From positions 1 to 27,026 of IMG/VR virus record IMGVR_UViG_3300026187_000081: 27,026 nt of DNA; one strand, given 5' to 3'. The number at the start of each line of letters is the position of its first letter. The first letter of the stretch is position 1. The notes below the pieces were generated by a model that was not told the DNA's origin, searched no databases, and was given only the letters and a program-made list of their open reading frames with translations. The position numbers were made by a program, and so were the translations under genes. The DNA comes from a virus (Duplodnaviria > Caudoviricetes). Positions 7,996 through 14,331 of this stretch are shown here, piece by piece.

Positions 7996-8567
7996 TACTT
8001 AACCTTTACTTTGTCGTTGCTAATAATAACTTCTTGCTCATCAAATGTTCTGCCACCTCCAAAAAAGGTGTTTATGTCTGGGCTCGCCAATATATCTTTT
8101 TTCTTTACTTTAAATGCTTGTAGTGGACTTTGCAATCGCTTTTGCCAAGGCAAGCTAAGGTCAGCATTATAATTAGGGTTCAATGTAAAGGAACTAACCC
8201 CACTTTCATTATCTAAATCGCCATATCTGTAAACAGTTACTTCTTCTGGTAAGTCTTTAAGATAATCTTGTGTAAGTGCTTGTATCTCTTTCTGAGCATC
8301 ATTAAGCTCTTTGTCTGTCAGTGATGGTGGTATATCCTCACTACCAAATTTTAAAGCCCCAGACTTTAGTTCACCCCCATATCCTTTGGCGAACTCTTTA
8401 TCTTGATGAAATATATTTTTAAAAGCGTCAGGTGTATCCAATCGTACACTTTGGTCAATAATATCAGAATACTCACTAATGTTTTTGCTAGTGCTTGGTA
8501 ACGCCCCTATCTTGTTTCCTAAAGCATCTACAACGTAAGTGATGCCTTTTACTATAGGCTTTACCAT
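7995..8567 (-). CDS. Putative ADP-ribosyltransferase, R-S-E type
   Basis: VTVYRYG ... GVSSFTL ... DEQEVII matches the R / S-x-S(T) / E-x-E arrangement. Confidence 0.6.
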   Translation of the reverse strand: MVKPIVKGITYVVDALGNKIGALPSTSKNISEYSDIIDQSVRLDTPDAFKNIFHQDKEFAKGYGGELKSGALKFGSEDIPPSLTDKELNDAQKEIQALTQDYLKDLPEEVTVYRYGDLDNESGVSSFTLNPNYNADLSLPWQKRLQSPLQAFKVKKKDILASPDINTFFGGGRTFDEQEVIISNDKVKVK

Positions 8568-9523
8568 TATGTGCCCTCATCCAAACCTGCCAGAGCACCC
8601 AAACTACCTAAAGTTGTTATGCCACCCATTGACGCCATAACATTTTTTGAATCTGATTTTTTAGGGTCAAACTCTGCACTGGTTGATCTTATGTTTTGTG
8701 GCTCAAAAACAACAACCTCATCACCTGGTGCTAAAATGCCATCATAGCCATACTTTTTAGCTTTTTCTGTCAGTTCGGCTGAGCCTTTTCCACCCACCCT
8801 TATATAGTCACTTAAAGATGTGTAAATGTCATCATTCCAACCTTCAAAGTAATCAATTTCTTTGTATGGGTTTTTTTTCATTTGGAAAGCAAATCCATTT
8901 AACAATTGCTCTCTAGCTTGTTCTTTTGTTTCTGGAAAAAAACCTCTTGCATCAACTTTTGTGTCAACTGTAAAAGGATATTCTTTGTCTTTATAAACAT
9001 CAGATTTTCTAGTTGGGTCTTTGATAGTAGCAAAAACTCCATCTGTACCATCTGGGTTTTGACCTATTTTATACTCTATGTTTTCATCAAAATATTTTAA
9101 TAATTTCTCAGCACCCTTCAAACCTTTTTCTGTTGCATCATCTAACATATTTATTTTGTTTAATTTATTTGCCCAATCTACAAATTTTTTGACACCACCT
9201 AATGTATAATCATCAGTTGTGTTTCTTAAATCTAACATGTTTCCCTTTACGACATATTCTCCAACATTTTTCCCATAGTAACCAGCTTCACCACTGTATG
9301 GGGAAAAGTAAAACCCTTTACCATAAAAACCTTCATCTGTATTTGAGCCAATTAAATCTGTCCTAAACTCATCTATCTTATCAGCATTAGTTGCATGATA
9401 AAGTTTATTATCTACATCATAACCTTGACTTTGTGCTCTTTGTAAATTTTTAGGTAAAGCACCTGGGCTCACTTGTTTTGTGCCTTGGGTTATAAGCTTA
9501 CCTAGTATACCTAATGCACTCAT
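8567..9523 (-). CDS. Putative ADP-ribosyltransferase, ART-PolyVal-like
   Basis: LYHAT...F......G..YGKGFYFS....A.YYG...GYDGI...EVVVFEPQNIRS..A.FDP. Confidence 0.75.
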   Translation of the reverse strand: MSALGILGKLITQGTKQVSPGALPKNLQRAQSQGYDVDNKLYHATNADKIDEFRTDLIGSNTDEGFYGKGFYFSPYSGEAGYYGKNVGEYVVKGNMLDLRNTTDDYTLGGVKKFVDWANKLNKINMLDDATEKGLKGAEKLLKYFDENIEYKIGQNPDGTDGVFATIKDPTRKSDVYKDKEYPFTVDTKVDARGFFPETKEQAREQLLNGFAFQMKKNPYKEIDYFEGWNDDIYTSLSDYIRVGGKGSAELTEKAKKYGYDGILAPGDEVVVFEPQNIRSTSAEFDPKKSDSKNVMASMGGITTLGSLGALAGLDEGT

Positions 9524-10299
9524 GTTGAATCCTCTAATCCAGCAAGTGCACCCAAACCAACTGCAGTAGTCGCTGGTGGTATTATAGATGCATATATATT
9601 GCCTTTGTCTGCCTTTTCAGGATCAAATTGTGCAAACACACTTCTTACATTGCCCTTCTCTGGATAAAATAAACCAACTGTCCTATTGCCAAATCTTGCT
9701 GTTTCATTAGTAAGAAAACCCTCAAAACCCAAATCTTTTATAGCTTTACTTATGTCTGGCTCTTGCAACTTGAAAGGGTCTCCAATCTTTGTGTCCATAT
9801 CTAAGCTTTGACCTAATTCTTTTTCTAACATTTCTTGGTGTTGTGGGTTTTTGTAGTTATAAACATTATCTATTTTTAATTTTACTGGATATATTCGTGC
9901 AGTAGAAGAAGGCGTACTGTACATATATTTACCTCTGTCATCCAACACACTTGTGCCACCTTTGCCTTTGAGTGCAAATCCTACTGTGTATCTTGGGTCT
10001 TCGCTAAAATATGTTACTGGCTCACCTACTCTTCTTTCTCTAAAGCCTCCAAAAGCTGTTCTGTCAGAAGCTTGAGGCACAAACTCCATTATGTTTTTTT
10101 CTGGACTACCATGATAGAAAGTCTTAGGGTCAAAACCTCTTTCTATTAATTCTTTCTCAGTTGGTAGGTTGCCTAGCTCTCTTAATTGTTCTTCAGTAGG
10201 CATAGCATCTAAAACTTCACCAGCACCTTGATATGGCACTACATCTTTGCTTCTTACGCCCTTATTGATTAGTTTTGCAAATACACCAAATGGGTTCAT
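9520..10299 (-). CDS. Putative ADP-ribosyltransferase, ART-PolyVal-like (259 aa; start MNPFGVF at 10299)
   Basis: FYHGS...YFSEDPRY..GFA...IYPVKL...GFEGF...VGLF...NVRSVFAQFDP. ATG 10299 lies 1 nt after the upstream stop, so the ORF-track extension is rejected. Confidence 0.72.
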   Translation of the reverse strand: MNPFGVFAKLINKGVRSKDVVPYQGAGEVLDAMPTEEQLRELGNLPTEKELIERGFDPKTFYHGSPEKNIMEFVPQASDRTAFGGFRERRVGEPVTYFSEDPRYTVGFALKGKGGTSVLDDRGKYMYSTPSSTARIYPVKLKIDNVYNYKNPQHQEMLEKELGQSLDMDTKIGDPFKLQEPDISKAIKDLGFEGFLTNETARFGNRTVGLFYPEKGNVRSVFAQFDPEKADKGNIYASIIPPATTAVGLGALAGLEDST

Positions 10300-10300
10300 C

Positions 10301-10558
10301 TTACCAAGCCTTACATGACCAATATCTAGCTTTTGTCTTCGGTCCTGGATTGTCACAGTTGTGTCTAGACCTAAAGCTTTTTCTATTGCCCTTTTGGGTT
10401 TTCTTGATTCGCATGTTTGGGTCACCAAATGTCACACGCTTTACTTTATCGCCATCCATAACGTAAACAACTGACTTCTTCTTGCCATAGGATGTTTCGC
10501 CTTTAGCTATTCTTCTAGGCTTATTTAGAGATACACTTTTACCTTTATACTTAGCCAT
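10301..10558 (-). CDS. Small basic phage protein
   Basis: 85 aa with V.FGDPNM.I......RKSFR.RHNC......ARYWSCK.W pattern. Confidence 0.85.
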   Translation of the reverse strand: MAKYKGKSVSLNKPRRIAKGETSYGKKKSVVYVMDGDKVKRVTFGDPNMRIKKTQKGNRKSFRSRHNCDNPGPKTKARYWSCKAW

Positions 10559-10730
10559 TAGCTTTCTTTGCCTTCTTTTTGGCTACTGCCGATAAATCTT
10601 TCATATGAACTAAATACTTACTGTTTTTAGTATGTTTAGCACCTGACATAACTTTACCTTTAGCATCCTTGTGAGTTGCTCCAGTGTACTTAGTGCCATC
10701 TTTAAAATAATGATTAACGCCTTTTGCCAT
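10551..10730 (-). CDS. Small basic His/Lys-rich protein (59 aa, MAKGVNHYFKDGTKYTGATHKDAKGKVMSGAKHTKNSKYLVH...)
   Basis: Manual translation. Fills the gap and is coupled to its neighbours. Confidence 0.8.
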   Translation of the reverse strand: MAKGVNHYFKDGTKYTGATHKDAKGKVMSGAKHTKNSKYLVHMKDLSAVAKKKAKKANG

Positions 10731-10903
10731 TATGATTTCCTTGTTTTTTTCTTCTTTTTCTTTTCTTGTTTTGCTATTTTAGCAAAAGTGCCTTTTTCTG
10801 GTGCTCCTTTTTGACCTTTTTTCCTCATCTTTTCACCACTGCCTGCTTCTATCCTTTTTCTCTTAGCATGTATATTAGCGTATAATCCTGATTTTTTAGC
10901 CAT
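10730..10903 (-). CDS. Small basic protein (57 aa, MAKKSGLYANIHAKRKRIEAGSGEKMRKKGQKGAP...)
   Basis: Manual translation. AGGAG RBS and TAATG coupling. Confidence 0.85.
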   Translation of the reverse strand: MAKKSGLYANIHAKRKRIEAGSGEKMRKKGQKGAPEKGTFAKIAKQEKKKKKKTRKS

Positions 10904-10911
10904 AATAACTC

Positions 10912-12159
10912 CTATGTTGCTGGTATCAAACTTTGAGCGTATTTGTATGCTTCTTCGTCGCCTAGTGTTCTTTGTATTTCTAGGAATTTAGACGCCTCAT
11001 CTATTAACTGTTGGTCTACTTGTTCTACTTGTGGCTTCATAACCAAACCTCTGTAATCTTGTGGCATTGGTTTGAACTTCCCATAATCACCAGTGGCTCT
11101 TCTATTTTCCATCATTTTTCTAAGCATGATAGTTCTAGGTATATTTGTACCAAAAGTATATGTCTCAGCATCTGGTGCTTTCATAATCTGACTTTTGTAT
11201 GTTGTATGCTTGCTTGGCAAAACACCTAAAGATGGATCGATATCTACAAATCTTGCACCCATACCTAAAAAGTCTTCTGCTAACATTCCAGGATTAGTAA
11301 CTGCAATCCTAATTTGACCAATATCTGGTGCCCCTGCCTCTTGGAGTTGTGCACTATCCATTCTTTTTGCCATCTCAACTCTAGTTGTTCCAGGAAGACC
11401 TCTGAAGTATTTAGCAAACTCATCCATGTTGTTTAAATTTGGAACTTTTTTAAATGGCTTTTCACCTTTTATGGTTGTGTCTTTTATAAGCTTGGTCATT
11501 TTGTTTAGCTTGTTTTTAGATAGATCACTTGCTTTAAGTGATTCAATAATCAAATTCGCTGTGTCTAATGAGAAATCTGCACCTCTTTCTGACATAGTAG
11601 TTGTCATACCTACTGGCTTACCACCCATATCTTGTACAGTCTGTGCTATATTTTGTATTGACCTCATAGGTGACAAATCAGAAGCCCAAGCAGCCTCGCT
11701 ATCATCCATGAACTGCACGCCACCATATGTTTTTACTGGCTTCTCAAATTTCTTTCCACCAATACTAGTAATTTCTGCACCTCTGACTGACCTATCTCCA
11801 ACCAATGGAATGATTGTCTTACCCTTAAGAACTGAGGCGTCTGTTACTAATGTAGGGTCTTTGGGCAAACTTCCTACATTTGCAGTCATAGAAAAGCCCT
11901 CAAGTGGGTCACGAACTAGTTTAGTATAACCTCTTTGAAAAGGTAGAGCATTATCTTTGTAGGCATCTATCGCTCTAAATTTACTTCCAAAAGCATCTCT
12001 AATCTGATCACCAGTAATCTCATAGCTTGGTAGTGTGCCAAATTCTTTTGTTAAATCGTCTCTAGTAGCAATATTACCTAAAGCACCAAGTTCATTCTCA
12101 CTGAATAAAGGCTTAAAGTTCTTAGTCAAAAACTCTAATAGAAACTTACTTTTAGCCAT
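10912..12159 (-). CDS. Putative virion-associated protein of unknown function
   Basis: 415-aa ORF in the head operon. Globular-looking core (GDRS, GG..F...AWAS, GADFS) and N-terminal LGALG. Confidence 0.6.
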   Translation of the reverse strand: MAKSKFLLEFLTKNFKPLFSENELGALGNIATRDDLTKEFGTLPSYEITGDQIRDAFGSKFRAIDAYKDNALPFQRGYTKLVRDPLEGFSMTANVGSLPKDPTLVTDASVLKGKTIIPLVGDRSVRGAEITSIGGKKFEKPVKTYGGVQFMDDSEAAWASDLSPMRSIQNIAQTVQDMGGKPVGMTTTMSERGADFSLDTANLIIESLKASDLSKNKLNKMTKLIKDTTIKGEKPFKKVPNLNNMDEFAKYFRGLPGTTRVEMAKRMDSAQLQEAGAPDIGQIRIAVTNPGMLAEDFLGMGARFVDIDPSLGVLPSKHTTYKSQIMKAPDAETYTFGTNIPRTIMLRKMMENRRATGDYGKFKPMPQDYRGLVMKPQVEQVDQQLIDEASKFLEIQRTLGDEEAYKYAQSLIPAT

Positions 12160-12294
12160 TTAAGCCTTCTTTGATTTGGACTTCTTTTTCTTTAACATAG
12201 CTAGTTTTTTAAAATCAGCACCAGTCAGCTTATTCTTTGGCTTTGCCATGTTAGCAATCTTTTTTTGTTTTGGTGAATATACTTTTCCTGGCAT
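12160..12294 (-). CDS. Small basic protein (44 aa, MPGKVYSPKQKKIANMAKPKNKLTGADFKKLAMLKKKKSKSKKA)
   Basis: Manual translation. Exactly fills the gap between two ORFs. Confidence 0.8.
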   Translation of the reverse strand: MPGKVYSPKQKKIANMAKPKNKLTGADFKKLAMLKKKKSKSKKA

Positions 12295-12296
12295 GA

Positions 12297-12581
12297 TTAC
12301 ATTCCTATCTTTGGTGAGCCATGACCAAGTATCTCATCCATGACGCCTCTCATATCGCCACTATCTACTTTCATGACTTTGACCTTGACGTCTCCATCCA
12401 TCTCTTCGTAATCCTCTTCCTCTTCTTCGTCTGGAAGCATCATACCTTGATAACATAATAATAAAAAGTTAACTAACTGATCGTCAGATAGCTCTAAACC
12501 AGGTGCATCGTGAGGAAAACCCATCTTCTCCATGAAAAGTTCTGCGTTCTCTTCCATGTTCTCTATATTGATATCAGCCAT
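12297..12581 (-). CDS. Small acidic protein
   Basis: 94 aa with a DEEEEEDYEE tract and AGGAG RBS. Confidence 0.75.
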   Translation of the reverse strand: MADINIENMEENAELFMEKMGFPHDAPGLELSDDQLVNFLLLCYQGMMLPDEEEEEDYEEMDGDVKVKVMKVDSGDMRGVMDEILGHGSPKIGM

Positions 12582-13788
12582 ATTTTTCTCCTATAAGTTG
12601 CTTGATATTAGATACAAAACCTAAAGCGTAACAAACTCCTTCGCCCACTTTACTTATAACCTTAACTACCTTGCTCTTCTTACCATGTCTTCCCTTAGAT
12701 AAGTCATAAGCCATTTGTTTTGCCCAAGCTAACGCTAAAGGCTTGGCGATTTTGTAGACTAACCCTTTGTTTCTCATTTTTGTAGCTACATATTCTCCCC
12801 ATACACAATAACCTTTATACACCAATGGGTCTACACGTTTTCCATAAATCTGATCGTATTTGTAGATATATTTTTTCATATCACCCATTTCATAAAGAGC
12901 AGTGCATATGTATGTGCCACCTCCACCACCACCACCTGAACCTTGTGCATCATCAGAATAACTTGTTCCAGTGGGTCCGCTTGTTGCTGTGTCTTGTCCA
13001 GCAGTTGCTGAACTAGATGTTGTGCCACCCATGCCTTCAACCCCAGATGCAGAGCCACCAATTCCTGTAGATGCTCCTGTGCTATTAGGGTCATTTTTAT
13101 CAATTCCTGGGTTTTGTGTAAAGTTTGTTATGCCACTATAACTACCACCTTTACCCCCACCAAGCCCAGTTACACCTTTGCCAATTCCTTGACCAATTGC
13201 TTCTGCTTGTGCAGTTGTGTATGTGTTTGGCGTTGTGCTAAAACCAAATTGATCTACGCCCTTAGATGGAGCTTCCATAGCGTTTACTGTTCCTGTGGTT
13301 GGTGTACTTAACCCAAACCCAGCTAGACCTTGTATTGAAACAGTATTTGGTGTGTAACCAGACATAGGATTAAGCCCAACTCCATAGGCAGTCATCTTAC
13401 CTTGTTGCATTCCAAAATTTTGAGCTTCTCTTTGAGATACTTTTCCATCTTTGTTAGTGTCAGCCATACCTCTTGCAGTACCCATAGCGTTGTTAGCTGT
13501 AGCCAACCCAGTTACTGTATCTATAAAACCTCTGTTTTGACCAAGTGCTGATTGAGCTGCTTTTTCTGCACTATATCTTCCATAAGCATCTAATGCTGTG
13601 TTGGCTATACCTACTGGTGTTGTAGAAAAACCTAAAACCCCTAACCCCGCACTAATTCCTCCACTTTTATTAACACCCAATCCTCCCAGTGACGCAACTG
13701 GGTTAGTCATATCAAAGCCTCTTGAAAGGCTTCCAAACTGATCTTCAGTTAGACTACCTAAAGCTCCATTTTGGTCGCCTCTAGCCAT
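12574..13788 (-). CDS. Gly/Thr/Ser-rich putative ejection/pilot protein with a C-terminal poly-Gly-ICT domain
   Basis: 404 aa: low-complexity body, then GGGGGGGTYICTALY...GY..W...GVCYALG. Confidence 0.6.
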   Translation of the reverse strand: MARGDQNGALGSLTEDQFGSLSRGFDMTNPVASLGGLGVNKSGGISAGLGVLGFSTTPVGIANTALDAYGRYSAEKAAQSALGQNRGFIDTVTGLATANNAMGTARGMADTNKDGKVSQREAQNFGMQQGKMTAYGVGLNPMSGYTPNTVSIQGLAGFGLSTPTTGTVNAMEAPSKGVDQFGFSTTPNTYTTAQAEAIGQGIGKGVTGLGGGKGGSYSGITNFTQNPGIDKNDPNSTGASTGIGGSASGVEGMGGTTSSSATAGQDTATSGPTGTSYSDDAQGSGGGGGGGTYICTALYEMGDMKKYIYKYDQIYGKRVDPLVYKGYCVWGEYVATKMRNKGLVYKIAKPLALAWAKQMAYDLSKGRHGKKSKVVKVISKVGEGVCYALGFVSNIKQLIGEKYG

Positions 13789-14331
13789 TTATCTGACCAT
13801 GCCTTCTGCAAAAGGATCAATACCTCTTCTTAACATATCCATCTGCTCTCTAGACATACCACTCATATCTGGTCTTGGTGGTGGTGCTGAAGGTAAAACT
13901 CCCATTCCTGGTGATGGCATTGGAGGTCTCGCCATTGGCATTTGTTGTTGCATAGGTGCTTGTTGTTGTTGGGCTGGCATTTGTTGACCACCAAACTCTT
14001 CTGGTCTAACTGTACCCATACCTCTTTCTCTAACTACTGCCTCAATAGCATCTACTTCATTTAGACCCATATCCATAAGTAAACGCACTTTGTCTATGTC
14101 TGTCATATCTGATTGTGGCATCATGCTATTCATACCCATGTCCATATTTGATGGTATGTTTTCTCTAGCCATTTCGCCTTCACGAACAACTGATCCTGGA
14201 TCTAAGTTTCGTTGACCCATACCTTGTGACAATCTTTGTGCCATGTTGTCCATAGGTGGGGTTGTCATTTGTACTGGGTTTTCTGTTACTGAATCAACAT
14301 ACTCACCTGATGGGGTTATTACTATTGGCAT
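13789..14331 (-). CDS. Met/Pro/Gln-rich low-complexity head-module protein
   Basis: 180-aa ORF immediately after the portal, with AGGAG RBS. Confidence 0.7.
   Translation of the reverse strand: MPIVITPSGEYVDSVTENPVQMTTPPMDNMAQRLSQGMGQRNLDPGSVVREGEMARENIPSNMDMGMNSMMPQSDMTDIDKVRLLMDMGLNEVDAIEAVVRERGMGTVRPEEFGGQQMPAQQQQAPMQQQMPMARPPMPSPGMGVLPSAPPPRPDMSGMSREQMDMLRRGIDPFAEGMVR

Noticed and set aside
10300-10428. 43-aa N-terminal extension of the 9520..10428 ORF
   Set aside because: It overlaps the convincing 10301..10558 gene. ATG 10299 directly after that stop fits the operon's coupling pattern.
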